Of a stretch of DNA of 64,000 nt, positions 11,487 through 24,839 are shown one piece after another (the stretch's first letter is position 1; every line of letters starts with the position of its first letter). The position numbers and the translations under genes were made by a program. A model generated the notes under the pieces. That model was not told the DNA's origin. It was given only the letters and a program-made list of their open reading frames with translations, and did no database searches. Source of the DNA: Mobula hypostoma (lineage: Eukaryota). Location: the NCBI RefSeq assembly GCF_963921235.1, contig NC_086110.1, positions 9,672,001 through 9,736,000 of the forward strand, written 5' to 3'.

Positions 11487-11645
11487 CTGTCAAGGAAAAG
11501 TTAGGTTGGTTAAATCATCAATGAAATGAATTTTTAATAAATGTGACCGACTGTACACCTTAATCACAGTTAGACTCAATAGCATGGAAGCTAACCAGAG
11601 ATTGATTTATAAATTATGGAACGTAGAAAATGAATAAAGCTGTAC

Positions 11646-11694
11646 CTATGTAAATGTTCCCACTGACTGCCAGGAGGAGCAACATACTTGACAT
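11646..11694 (-). CDS. IgSF V-C1 receptor copy 1, exon 1 (signal peptide MSSMLLLLAVSGNIYI)
   Basis: ATG at 11694-11692, hydrophobic 16 codons, phase-1 donor G|gtacag. A paralogous exon lies at 54525-54576. Confidence 0.85.
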
Positions 11695-11739
11695 TCTGCC
11701 GAACAGATCAAACTAATGAGTACGACTTCAATCGGAGAG

Positions 11740-11800
11740 TGAGGGAGTGGTTTGCATTCTATAAAGGATGGTTCATATCCTGTCGTTGAATGGGGTGGTG
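11740..11800 (-). promoter_or_regulatory. Putative proximal promoter of copy 1
   Basis: Conserved with 54625-54690. It carries AACCAC (RUNX-like, 11747-11752) and a GT/GC box (11792-11798) just upstream of the ATG. Confidence 0.4.
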
Positions 11801-12953
11801 TAGTTACAGCGATCGATCCGAAAGGCAGTGACTTACCAGACTACGGGAAATAATACATGTAATAATTCGATTTTTGTTGCTACTCTCTTTACTAGCACAC
11901 ACGTAGTTTCACTGATGATGTTAGATCTATAAATAGATAGTGGAAATGTCACAAGGTTTTGAAACTTCCTTAATCATTATTTTAGCATGACTTTATGTAT
12001 GGATCTACAACGCCAAATCTTCACAACCTTTGCACATCCAAAAACTTTTATAGTAATTGTGAACGTGTGGTCAGCGTTGTGCAGATAATTTTTCTGGGAC
12101 CCTGTCGACTTTGAAAAGGGAAATTGATTGAACTGAAGAAAAGCGTTAGGACAGATACGTCCCCGGAGTTGGGAGGGACAGATTCAAACCAAAGGATTGC
12201 AGGATGGAATATACTAAGTTGTGGCGTTGTTCAATAAAGATAATAGGAACAATCTTGCGTTTATAGATCGTTGAGCCTTATTGATTGGTTGGAAAACTAT
12301 TCGACAGGATTCTTAGAGACACGTTTTATTAGAATTTGGAGAAACAAAACACTGTCCCGAAAAATTATGCCTTCTAAATTGTCTTGCATATTATGTTCCA
12401 GGCATGAACAATTCAAATTTTGCTCACGGTTGTCTTTGATGTAACCACAAAATATAATTAACACACAAAATGCCGGAGGTACTTCGATCATATCGCATTA
12501 GTGGAGGGAATTTCACAATAGACATTGTGGGTTGATTTCTAGAGCTTCTGGTAAATTGCTGAACCCTGGCCCTTTCTTTCCTTTCTGATCTATACAGTTA
12601 ATTCCTACACTCACCTCAAACCTCGTTAATTTATTTCATTCTCCTCCTCTACCTACTCCTCGTCCCATTCACTTCACCCAATGGCTCCAGTTTCTAATCC
12701 TATCTACCTTCTCCCACCACTCTCATATACTACTTCCTCTCATATCAGGTTACATCACCTACAACCATTGTCGTTTCCTGCAATCACCTCCATTAACCAC
12801 CACGATTAATGCAGCATTATTTCTACATCAGTACTTCATGGCGACTGGAGAATAAACGTGATAACACAGTGAGAACTATGACACAGAAGGTAACAAACTC
12901 TTTTACAGTGTACCCACTATATTGGAAGTTCCTCCAAATACGTATGGATCGAC

Positions 12954-13836
12954 TGTTATATACCTCAAGGAGATCTGTGTTTTTTTTTTGTGAGAATGAT
13001 GTAATGGTCTTTTGGAGGTCACCTGATGTAATTTTCCCGCCGATGTGAGGTCACGTGATGACATGTGCACCACGGGTATATAAGGGAAGACCCCAGATGA
13101 CGCAGTTAGTTTGTAGTTTTTAGGTTTCCAGCTAGAACGTACAGTGTCTCCGCTTCTGTTGCGTATTTGTTTTTATGACGCAGTTTCATTTTTAAAACGA
13201 AGTGTTGCGTTCTGTTGCTAAGTACAATATTATTGGACTGGAAATTTTTGCTAGATGTGTTGATGTACCTTATTCCAGCAGTAGAAGGGAGAGTGAAGAC
13301 TTTATCAAAGTACAGGACCCGAAGGATTGAGAGGAGTCAGTATCATTCGGCAGTTTAACAAAGGATCGACCTTACTGAGTCTTTGTTGAAGGAGTAGCGA
13401 CCTGCTTAGGGAATAACTCTTGCCAAAAGATAGAGTTCATGCAAGGTTTGCTCGCTCTAGAATTTAAGGTCAGTTGTTTTAAACTGTTTATTTACTGCAT
13501 CGTGAATCCTTTGGACAGAACCAGCAGAAAATTCGCGTCTATGAAGAAATCTTTCTCCAGAGAAGTCTCTTCCAATTGAACGTATAAATCTGTTGGACTT
13601 TCGAATTTACCATTTTAAGAACTATATCTGACTTTACCGCTTTAAGAACTGTTTTCGCATTTAACGCTTTAACAACCAGTGCTGAGTGACGATTTGTTGA
13701 ACAGCTGCACAGCGGTTAACTTCCGGTTAAGGTTTTCGTTTGTTTTTTTTTTATTTTTTGTCCATGTTTAATAACTGTTTGGTTGTTTTTATATAACCTG
13801 TCTCGATTAATATTCATTGTTGCCGGTTACGTAACA
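12954..13836 (+). mobile_element. Solo LTR (probably Gypsy-type)
   Basis: TGTTA...TAACA ends, perfect TSD TCGAC (12949-12953 and 13837-13841) and a TATA-like TATATAAG near 13075. The paralogous site at ~59370 is empty. Confidence 0.85.
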
Positions 13837-13935
13837 TCGACATTCGGAAAAATCTAGAGCACCAGACCGCTGACAGCAACATCTTTCGGAATGTTTGTTG
13901 TCCAGAAGTCGAGTGCACACAATCTGGAATATATC

Positions 13936-14275
13936 CCTATTGATATCAATGGATGTAGGGTTAAGAGGTTGAACAGCTTTACGTTCCTCGGCATAAACAT
14001 CACCGACGATCTCACGTAGTCACGTGGTACGTACTGGCTGTGTGGTGAAAATGGCATAAAAGTGCTTCTTTCCCCTCATACGTTTGAAGAAGTTTGTGCG
14101 GATCGCCAAATCCTAATAACTTTCTATTGGGGCATAACTGAGAGCATCCTGACTGGCTGCATCACTGCCTGGTTTGGAAACTGTACTTCCCTCAATCGCA
14201 GGACTCTGCAGAGTTTGGTGCAGATAGCCCAGCATCTGTACGTATAAACTTCACAGCATCTGCACATATAAACTT
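13936..14275 (+). mobile_element. Rex1/Babar-like LINE 3' fragment, part 1 (interrupted by L1)
   Basis: ORF 14062..14247 (ESILTGCITAWFGNC) is typical of the Rex1 C-terminus. It continues at 19929. Confidence 0.75.
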
Positions 14276-17200
14276 TCTTTTTCAATCTCTTTATTGATTT
14301 TAGAATATATAAACAAAACATAGCAATGATACAAATAATAGGAGATAAATTGTTACACTTACAAACAGTAATTATAAAGTCGAATGTTGCAATTTGACAA
14401 AGCTCCCAATCATGTAAAACTAACAACGGATAAAACAGATCAAAAAAAAACTTTTAAAAAAGCATGAAAAAGAAAAAAAAAACAAAACCAAAAAGAAAAC
14501 CCCAACCCAAAAGAAAGACAAAATTAATCAACTAAACTAAAAGACTTGGGCAAATCTAAGAACTTAAAAATGAAAAAGAAGAAAACCTCAGTGCCAACGA
14601 CTCCATTTCCCTCCAACAATGATACAGAGCAATAGAATAGGTTTGGAAATAAAGATATTACATTAAGTGAAAATGCTGAATGAATGGCCTCCAAGTTTTT
14701 TCAAACTTGATGGAAGGGTCATAAACTGCACTTCTAATTTTCTCCAAATTCAAACACAGCATAGTTTGTGAAAACCAATGAAATACCTTAGGAGGATTAA
14801 TCTCTTTCCAATTCAATAAAATAGACCTCCTGGCCATTAAAGTAAGAAATGCAATCATTCTTCGTGATGAAGAGGTTAAAATATTTAAATCTATCATTGG
14901 TAGTCCAAAAATAGCAGTAATTGGATGCGGTTGTAAGTCTATATTTAAAACCATTGAAATAATATCAAAAATATCTTTCAAATATTTCTCCAACAAGGGA
15001 CATGACCAAAACATGTGGGTTAAAGAAGCTATCTCGGAATGACATCTGTCACGTATTGGATTAATATAAGAGTAATAACGAGATAGTTTATCTTTGGACA
15101 TATGAGCCCTGGGCACTACTTTGAACTGTATCAACCTATGCTTAGCACATACAGAGGGTGAATTCACCAACTGAAGAATTTTTTCCCATTTTTCAGTCGG
15201 TATAGTAATCTCAAGTTCTCTTTCCCAGTCAGCTTTAATTTTATTAGAAGCATCAGGACATAAATTCATAATTATATTATATATAATTGCTACAACACTT
15301 TTCTGAGAGAGATTTAAATCTAAAATTTTTTCCAAAATATCCGTTGGATATGGATGTGGGACATTAGGGGAAACAGTAATTAAAAAGTTCCTAATCTGTA
15401 AATATCTGAAAAAATGAGATCTGGGTAAGTTATATTTATTAGAAAGTTGATCAAAAGACATAAAACAATTATCCATAAATAAATCGCGAAAAGATATTAT
15501 ACCTTTAATTTTCCAATCAGAGTAGGCTTGATCCATCGTGGAAGGTTGAAAAAGAAAGTTTGACAAGATAGGGCTTGATAGGATAAATTGATTAAACCCA
15601 AAAAATCTTCGAAATTGAAACCATATACGTAAAGTATGCTTAACTATTGGGTTATTCATTTGTTTATATAATTTTAAAAAAGTAAAAGGAAGTAAAGTTC
15701 CTAAAACCGAACCCAAGGAAAGCCCTTGTAATGAATTAGATTCAAGATTTACCCAATGAGGGTTTAAAGATACATCCAGATCTCGTAACCAAAATTTTAA
15801 ATATCAAACATTAATTGCCCAATAATAGAATCTAAAATTCGGGAGGGCAAGCCCTCCCTCCTTTTTAGACTTCTGTAAATACCTTTTACCTAACCTAGGA
15901 TTTTTATATGAGGAAATTTTTGAGTCTACATTATCAAAAAAAGATTTTGGGATGAAAATTGGGACTGATTGGAATATATACAAAAATTTAGGCAAAATGA
16001 TCATCTTAATAGCATTAATCCGACCAATCAAAGACAAAGAGATTGGCGACCATTTGGTAAATAACAGTTTAATCTGATCAATTAAAGGTAAAAAACTAGC
16101 TTTAAATAAATCTTTATATTTTTTCGTAATTGTTATCCCTAAATATATAAATGAATCATTAACCAGTTTAAATGGTAAAAATCGATAAATAGGTACATGC
16201 TTATTTAAAGGGAATAATTCACTCTTATTAAGATTCAAGTTATAACCAGAAAAGTTACTAAATTGAGCTAACAACTCTAAAATAGCAAGAATTGACTTCT
16301 CCGGATTAGAGATATATAGCAGCAAATCATCTGCATATAATGATAACTTCTGTATTTCGTTCCCACGGGTAATACCAACAATATTTGGCGAGTTACGAAT
16401 AGCAATTGCTAAAGGTTCAAGAGCAATATTAAATAGCAAAGGACTAAGGGAGCAACTTTGCCTAGGGAGATCTATAATTATTTGTACAAACCGAGGCTAC
16501 CGGGGAGTAATATAACAATTTAATCCAAGATATAAATGTCAAATTAAAATTAAATTTCTCAAGAACATTAAATTTTATTAAAAGCATCAGATTTCTCAAG
16601 AACATTAGATTAATTTTATCTTCTTGATTTACTGATTAATTGATTTCGTTTCGTCAACTGCAAATTTCGAGTTTAGAGAAATGAGTATGAGAGCTAGAAC
16701 CAAAAATGGGAAAGACGCTGATGGGAACGGAGCAAAGAACAAAGGTGATTCTAAACAAACGGAATTAACTTACGAAGTTATGGAGGAAATGTTTGAGAAG
16801 CAGCGGATAAAGTTATCTGATAGCTTATCGGCTCAATTTGAACAACATCGCCAAAGCCTCAATGAAGATTTAAAATCAATTACGGACTCTTTGAAATCCC
16901 TGGATCCTGATGTTCAGAAACACGATGCTAAAATTTCTGAACTGGATACTAAATCTCAGAAGACGGACACAAAAGTCGAGATCTTAGAGAAGAATCTAGC
17001 TTCGACTACTAAACAACTTCAACAACTTAAATCCAAAGTTATTGAACTTGAGAATCGATCGAGAAGACAAAACTTACGTTTAATCGGTTTACCCGAGGAT
17101 GTTGAGGCTGGAGATCCTGCAATATTCTTTGCTCAACTTTTAAAAGATTCGTTCGGTTCAGTTTTTCCCAATGATCCTCCATTACTCGACCGCGCCCATC

Positions 17201-19928
17201 GTATACCATGGACAAAGTCGGCAGCGATTGCTTCTAAACCTAGACCAGTTATTCTTCGTTTCCATTATGTCAGTGTTAAAGAACAACTTCTCCAGGTTGC
17301 TCGTCGACAAGGGATGATCAAGTATCGCCAGCATTCCTTCAGGATAGTTCAAGATTACAGTCCTGAAGTGATGAAGGAACGACTGACTTTTAAACCTCTA
17401 ATGTCGGAATGCTATCAAAAAAATCTCAAACCGGCTCTATTGTATCCTGCACGTCTCAGAATCTCTCTTCCCGCTGGAAATCGTCGTGTTTTCCATTCTA
17501 CGACTGCTGCCCGAATCTTTTTGGATGGTAAGTTCCCTTCTGATACAGATACCCTCTCTTAATCTGTGTTGGGTGCTTCTAGCACCAATTCTTTTTTCTT
17601 TTGGTGTTTTCTTTATAAAATGAACCTCTTATTATCACGCGATGAAGGTTTATTTTAAGTCTAAGATTTTTGTTCTTTATTTACTACTATAGTTGTTACT
17701 CTATAACATATAGATTATTTATCTTCTGTAAATTAACATCAGTTTTTTTTAGTTAACCTTTTGTTTTAATTTTTCCTTTTTCGTTATTATTTATGATATG
17801 ATTCGACGATTATTTTTAGTTATATGTTTCCTACTTTTGGTTTTTGCATAATCAAAATGGTGATTTGTCTTTCTTTGTTTCTTTTTTGGGACGCCATGTT
17901 CCTATGCTTCTTCTTCCCATAATCCTTCTTTCATTTTAGAAGCGATTTTTTATTTATTCGCTTATAACTAATTATATGTACTGATTGCTTTTTTAATTTA
18001 GATATTTTACTAATTTTTATTATGTAGATTAATTATTATATTGGTTATTTTTTACATGCATTAGTTTCTGGGAGATCTTTTATTTAACATATATTTTTGG
18101 AGTTGCCCCCTGCAGAAATGGGATTAGAATTAGTTTTAGTTAGAGCTTCTTTCAGCCATTTCTGGCTTAGTTTGGGGTTCTTGGGGAGGGGGGGGGGCTG
18201 GGTCAGTCTTTTTCTTTTTTAATTTTTTTCTATTGGGTTGCTTCAGAACTACCAAGATGTCCGCAGTGTCGGGATTTCCGGTTCCTCGCTAATCATGTAT
18301 TCCTCTTCCGGTTCTATGAGTTCACATTGTGGTTAACCCTTTTCTTACCAAAGGGTTAACTCTTAATTATGGCTCATACTATTAATTTTGTTTCTTGGAA
18401 CACAGATGGTTTAAACCATCCTATAAAACGGAAAAAGGTTTTCAAAGTGTTCCAAAGACTGAATGCTCATATTATTTTTGCACAAGAGACTCATGTAAGG
18501 AAAGAGGATAATCAACGCTTCTTTAAGGTTTGGAAAGATCAACAATACCACTCAAATGCTCAAGCCAAAATTAAAGGCGTTTCAATTTTATTGATCCTTC
18601 AATTACATCTATTCATCAAGACATTATTTCGGATCCTAATGGCAGATTTTTGTTAATTACTGGGGTACTTTTTAATAAAAAGGTCGCTATGTTGAATGTT
18701 TATGCTCCGAATGTGGATTACCCTGAATTTTGTAAACAATTATTCACTTCCTTTCCAAACTTAAACGAGTATATGTTGATAATGGGTGGTGATTTTAATT
18801 TATGTCTGAATCCCATGTTGGACAGATCCATAGCTAGTCCAGCTTTACCGAACAAGTCGGCTACTATTATTAATTCTTTTATGTTGGATTCTGGGATTTT
18901 AGAAATTCGGAGATTTCTACATCCAAATGACAAGGAGTTCTCCTTTTTTTCACATGTTCACCGTTCTTTTTCCCGAATTGATTATTTTTTGATTGACTCC
19001 CGTTTGATTCCAGATGTACTTGATTGTAATTATGATAGTATTGTTATTTCAGATCATGCTCCACTGAAACTTTCCATCAAGTTAATGGACATCTCCTGTA
19101 CTAGCCGACAATGGCGATTTAACCCTATTTTGCTTCAAGATCAAGATTTTGTCAAATTTATAAAGGAGCAGATCGATTTCTTTTTTTCAACTAATACTAC
19201 GGACGAAGTTTCCAATGGAACTGTTTGGGATGCCTTTAAAGCTTATATCCGTGGTCAGATCATTTCCTATTCGGCTGGTTTGAAAAAACGTGTTAACAAT
19301 GAAATAAAATTGGTTGATTGGTTGGTTGATAAAATTAAAGAAGTCGATAAAAAATATGCTATTTCTCCCAGTAAGGAGCTGTACAAACATAGAGTTGAAC
19401 TCCAATTGGAACATAGTTTATTATTAACATCCTCCATCGAAAATCAATTGATGAGAACTAGGAGTGATTTTTATATTCATAGTGATAAATCAGGTAAATT
19501 ACTGGCTAACCATTTGAAATTCGATTCAGTTAAACGTCAAATTACTAAGATTCGTAAACAGGCTGATACTTTCACGGTGGATCATGCTGGGATAAATCAA
19601 ACCTTTCAAGAATTCTATACCTCTTTATATCACTCTGATTTTCCTCATGACTCTAATTTTATGCATGACTTTTTAAGTAAATTGAGTTTTCCGAAATTAT
19701 CACCCGAAGAGTCCCTATCATTAGAAACTTCCATTTCAGAGGAAGAAATAATAACTGCAATCTCATCTTTGAATTCTGGTAAAGCACCTGGTCCGGATGG
19801 GTTTACAGTGGAATTTTTAAAATTTTTTTCCTCATTCTTTCCTCTAAGTTGTCTAGAATATTCAAGGAAGCAATCAGCTTAGGTAAATTACCACAATCGT
19901 TTTATGAAGCCTCTATTTCCTTAATTCT
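14276..19928 (-). mobile_element. Near full-length fish-type L1 with inverted 5' half
   Basis: The minus-strand RT and C-terminus (15804..16439, 14658..15716) end in AATAAA and an A-rich tail at ~14276-14300. ORF1 (16681..17562) and the endonuclease/linker (18369..19882) are on the + strand. TSD TAAACTT at 14269-14275 and 19929-19935. Confidence 0.92.
16681..17562 (+). CDS. L1 ORF1p (coiled coil plus RRM, Transposase_22-like), intact 293 aa
   Basis: LENRSRRQNLRLIGLPE, LDRAHR, PRPVILRF and QDYS motifs. Confidence 0.9.
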   Translation: MSMRARTKNGKDADGNGAKNKGDSKQTELTYEVMEEMFEKQRIKLSDSLSAQFEQHRQSLNEDLKSITDSLKSLDPDVQKHDAKISELDTKSQKTDTKVEILEKNLASTTKQLQQLKSKVIELENRSRRQNLRLIGLPEDVEAGDPAIFFAQLLKDSFGSVFPNDPPLLDRAHRIPWTKSAAIASKPRPVILRFHYVSVKEQLLQVARRQGMIKYRQHSFRIVQDYSPEVMKERLTFKPLMSECYQKNLKPALLYPARLRISLPAGNRRVFHSTTAARIFLDGKFPSDTDTLS

Positions 19929-20290
19929 TAAACTTCCCACTATTAAGGACAGTTACAAGTCAGGTGTGTAAAAAGGGCCCAGGAGGATCATTGGGGACCC
20001 GAGTCACCCCAACTACAAACTGTTCCAACTGCTATCATCCAGGAAACGATACTGCAGCATAAAAGCCAGGACCAACAGGCTCCGGGTCATCTTCTTCTAG
20101 CAGGCCATCAGATTTCTTAACTCATGCTGATACAACTGTATTTCTATGTTATACTGACGATCCTGTTGTACATGCCATTTATTATAATTTACTATAAATT
20201 GCACATTGCACATTTAGACGGAGACGTAACGTAAGTATTTTTACTCCTGATGTATATGAAGGATGGAAGGAATAAAGTCAATTCAGTTCA
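19929..20290 (+). mobile_element. Rex1/Babar-like LINE 3' fragment, part 2 and 3' UTR
   Basis: Continues the sequence of 13936-14275 and ends in a ttcag-type tail. Confidence 0.72.
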
Positions 20291-21129
20291 ATCACTGCAA
20301 AGTAAAACATCGGCAACAACATTTCAGAGATTCAATAGGCTCCCATTTTGATATTTTATTTAATATTATTCTTTTGAAAATTATGTGCAATATGTAACAT
20401 TGCCAGAATGTTGTCCTGTTCTGGGATGCATATAGCCTTCATTCAGTTAAGCGTAATTTAAGAACTCATGATTCACAGTCGATTACTGAACCAAATTCCA
20501 GATTTATCAGGTTATGCTTAAAGATTAATATGATGTTTTGTAGAAAAAGATGGATATATTGAGGCAAAATAATAGTTTACAGTTTGCTGTTTCATATTTG
20601 ATTATTACACATAAATATTGTGTTATCTTATTTGGTGTTATATAGGAACGACAATTTGAATGTTACAAGTCATGTCCTTTATGCAAAATTAATACCGTGC
20701 GGAACATTGTCATATGAGGGGAAATAATGAATGAAACGCTGGTATTCTGATTTTAAGGAAGTGCTATTCTGGCGTCCCCACTTCTAATCAACTGTATAAT
20801 ATTTACGACAAGATATTGCACTGTGGCTGTCATTGAACATTGAACTGTGCTGGCATTGGCGTAATTGTAGTTTAAATGGAAATTAAACAGGTTTTGGTTT
20901 ATGTGGATGTATCAATACAATATTATATGAAGTGTCAAAGGTGCTTGAAGTGTTTTCCAATAATAACCTCGTATATTCAAAAATAACACTGTCACGGAAG
21001 ATTAGATTAGTTTGGCTTGGCGGAACACTTTTCGAGACTGACACTTTCCCAACGCAAACGAAACTATTTGAGGCTGATGATTTTACCTAGCCCTGTAACT
21101 TACTAGGGAAGTGAAATCTAATCGAAATT

Positions 21130-22180
21130 ATTGTTTCCAATCCACGTTAACTGGGGTATGCAAGAGGATCCTGTTGCACAAGAAGGCTTCGAGGCCTAGG
21201 TCTTGGAATTTGATGGTTAGGTTCAAGGGAATGATGTTGAATACTGAACAGTAGTTAGTCATGAATATCCTGGTATATACATCTTCATTGTCTCAGTGTT
21301 CCAGGGCTAAATGAAGAGCCAGTGACACGGCACCTGATTTTAATCTGTTGTGATGGTGGACAAATTGGAGCGGATCTAAGTCATTCCTCAGACAAGTGTT
21401 AATAAGTTTCATGATCAACCTCTCAAGGCACTTCATCACACTTAAAGTAAGTGCTTCTGGACGATATTCATTCTGGCAGGTTACCACGGTCTTATGATTA
21501 CCAGTTTGTTTAAAGCCTGTTTGAAGCAGGTAGATACCTCTGACTGCCGAAACAAGAAGTTGAAGATGTCAGTGGACGGTCCAACCAGTTATTTGTCACA
21601 GGTATTCAGTACTCAGTCAGTTATACCGTCTGAGCCAAATCCTTTCTGTGGGTTTACCCTCCTCAAGGATATTTTCTCTTCATCCTCAGAAACAGAGATC
21701 CCAAGTTTCTCGGGAGCTGTGAGAGTTTGTGAAGATGCCTCCGTGTTCTGTCAGTCAAAGCTAATCTGGGTGCGAAACATTGTTGTCACTGATGTTGTTG
21801 GTTTTGCTATTGGATTGGCATTCAAGTCCTTCCACTTCTGTCGAGAATCCATCTGAAATTTGTTTGGTCCACAATTCTCATGATGCATGTGAGGTAGCTT
21901 TCCAGAGGTCATATTTGGACCTCTTTTACTTTCCAGCGTCGCCAGTCCTGAACACAACTGATCTAGGCCTCAGCAGATAGCGGCTTTCTTGAAACATCCA
22001 GGACTTCTAGCTGGGGAAGTCTCTGAACAATTTTATGTGAGCACACTCGTCCCCGAGTGTCTTCATAAAGTCCGTGACAGCCGTGGCGTATTCTTCACTT
22101 TCTGATGAATTCACCCGTTGATTGCAGATCGCATATTTCAGCAAGAGCAGTTCAGGAGATTTATATCTCGTAGTTTTTGA
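21130..22180 (-). mobile_element. Rex1/Babar-like LINE RT fragment
   Basis: ORF 21293..21487 (NEYRPEALT..VMKCLERL...LDPLQF). Confidence 0.75.
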
Positions 22181-23001
22181 ACTGCGGAAAACGTCGCGTA
22201 CACTGCGAGCGCCATCTTCTTTAACTTAGAAGAGCCTATTCAGTTAAATAGTGAATTTCATTCATAGAAGAGTGTAGAACCATACAGAAATGCATGCACA
22301 AGTCTGATTGATTACTGACATGAAGTATTGCCCTTTGTGATTGGGATTAACCGGATTTGGCTATACTCTCCAGAATTTCAAAATAATGAAAGATGATGCC
22401 GTTCAATTATTCTCTTGGGGACTGAATAGGGAAATGTCAAGATGATACTTCTGCTAGCTGTATTCTCCAGTGCTGGGTTTCGCATTTTCGAAAGCAGAAG
22501 GAATGTTCAAATCAGAGAAAGATAAAAATGAAGTCAAGGTGAGGAAGTGTTAGGTTTTTTTAACGTAATTCAGTGCACACTATTGTCGAGTATTTTCTAA
22601 ACACAGATGGACAGCATGTAAATTTTTAATTTCCATGGATGCAGAATTAAAGTTTGGAATATGGAGAAGCTTTTATAACCAATGTTTATAACTAAATTCT
22701 AAACAACGGCCGTTATCAACGTGAGAGATTGCCTGCAAAGTGTTCCCGGCAAATATCGCTTCACCAGCTGAGTATTTCTCATAAGGACTTTAACTTTATC
22801 TCGGAAACAAGCTGTAATTAAATTTGATGCATATTTTAACTACACGTGCCTTTCAGCACATGGAGTGAACTGATTAACTGGTGAAACGATCTATATTTTC
22901 GTGTAAAAAGACTAGCAGAGCATTCAGGCATTGTTCGAAAAGTGCCAAGAAACTTCTGCGCCACAAACTGACAATGACAGTCTCGAATAAAAGTGAATCT
23001 A

Positions 23002-24839
23002 TGTCATGGTCCGGTTCATGAATTCGGCGTTCCGGTTCACAGTCCGATCCGTGTACTCCAGACTCTAGGTCTTCCAGCTGTCCCTTCTTTTATTTGGGCT
23101 TAATCATTCGCACCTGATGCTCGTCTTGGGGCTGGGAATATAAGTGGTCCTGGGTTCGAGTGTGGTTGCTGGTTCGTCTTGTCAGTATCCCGTCCTCGCC
23201 TCCGTGGGGTAAGTCAGGCCATCTTTGCCGTTACCCTACGGTTGGATCTGTCCCTTCCTTTCCCCTTCCATCTGTAGCCTTGTCTGCAACCTGTGTCTGG
23301 AGCCTTGCCTGTAACCTGTGTCTAAAGCCTTGCCTGCAACCTGTGTCTGGAGCCTTGCCCGCAACCATGTCAAGTTCAAACACCAGAGCGAGACCGGAGT
23401 CTCGCTGTGTCAAGATAAGGAACTGTCTATCTTTGAGTTGGAACTGTCTCTGTGTGAACGCCTTCGCTAGGTAGGTCCGGCCATCTGCCGCTACCGAATG
23501 TTGGGAACCGTCTCTGTGTCCACTGCTGCTCTAGGTTGGTCCGGCCGTTTGCCGCTACCTAGTGTAGAGAACTGTCTCATCGTGTTCAGCATTCTGTGTA
23601 TGAGTCCCGGCCCTACGTCCTGTTCCCAAGGAGGGGTCCCGGCTCTGTGTTCCATGTTTCTTTCTCTCAAGTCCAAGGCTCCGCGTTCCCATGCTCTAGA
23701 CCAAGGCTCCGAGCGTCCAGTCCTCGTCCAAGGCTCCAAGGTTCCTGTCTCCCAAGACCACGTCATGTCTTCGCCTACTTCCGGAGTTCGAGCCGGAGTC
23801 AAGACCCAGGTTTTGGGTCCGTGTCCATTCTCTGGCTCAAAGTCCGAACCCAAGCTTCGTCATGTCCTCGCCTCGAAGAACCCAAGCCTCATCATGTTCT
23901 CGCCTCGAGGAACCAAAGCCATGAAGAACCCAAGCCACGAAGAACCCAAGCCACGAAGAACCCAAGTCTCGAGGAACCCAAGCCACGAAGAACCAAAGCC
24001 TCGAGGAACCCAAACCATGTCCAGTCCTGTAGCCACGTCATGTCCTCATAGTTCCGGGGTCCGCACCCAAGCCTCATCATGTCCTCGCCCCGAAGAACCC
24101 AAGTCTCGAGGAACCCAAGCCACGAAGAACCAAAGCCTCGAGGAACCCAAACCATGTCCAGTCCTGTAGCCACGTCATGTCCTCCTAGTTCCGGGGTCCG
24201 CACCCAAGCCTCATCATGTCCTCGCCCCGAAGAACCCAAGTCTCGAGGAACCCAAGCCACGAAGAACCAAAGCCTCGAGGAACCCAAACCATGTCCAGTC
24301 CTGTAGCCACGTCATGTCCTCATAGTTCCGGGGTCCGAGCCCCAATCAAGATCCAGGTTCTGGGTCCTTGTCCAGTCTCCGTCTCGGAGTCCGAACCCAA
24401 GCCTCGTCATGTCCTCGCCCCGAAGAACCCAAGTCTTGTCATGTTCTTGCCTCGAGGAACCCAAGCCACGAAGAACCCAAGTCTCGAGGAACCGAAGCCA
24501 CGAAGAACCAAAGCCTCGAGGAACTCAAACCATGTCCAGTCCTATAGCCACGTCATGTCCTCCTAATTCCGGGGTCGAGCCCCAGTCAAGACCCAGGTTC
24601 TGGGTACTTGTCCAGTCTCTGGCTCGGAGTTCAAGCCCAGGCTCCTAGTTCTCAGTTCCTAGTCCTGGTCCCGCAAGCCTATCCAATGCCCTAGCCCAAT
24701 TTTGTGTTCTTATCCCACTTCCTAGTCTGCATCCAGTCACGTCCCTAACTCTAGTCTCTAGCCCTATCCTGTTCCTAGTACTTCAGTGTCTGTGTCTTGC
24801 ATTTTGGTGCACTCCCAGCAACCCCACCCCCCCATGACA
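23002..24839 (+). mobile_element. Solo LTR with internal minisatellite expansions
   Basis: TGTCATGG...CCATGACA ends and a 5-bp TSD ATCTA/ATCTG (one mismatch). Related to 29169-30388. Confidence 0.82.
23870..24570. repeat. Higher-order tandem repeat (~137-bp units built from GAAGAACCCAAGCC-like subunits) inside the LTR
   Basis: Visible repeated blocks, reflected in the repeated peptides of ORFs 24079..24306 and 24216..24566. Confidence 0.85.

Noticed and set aside
12865-12905. CACAGTG heptamer as a possible recombination signal sequence
   Set aside because: The nonamer match and spacing are poor, it does not flank a V exon, and it is not conserved in the paralogous block.
22432-22480. Signal-peptide-like MILLLAVFSSAG on the + strand resembling the receptor leader
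   Set aside because: There is no good donor and no downstream plus-strand Ig exon in the window.
23491-24648. Long Pro/Ser/Arg-rich ORFs on both strands
   Set aside because: They arise from stop-poor tandem repeats within a solo LTR and have no domain or splice structure.
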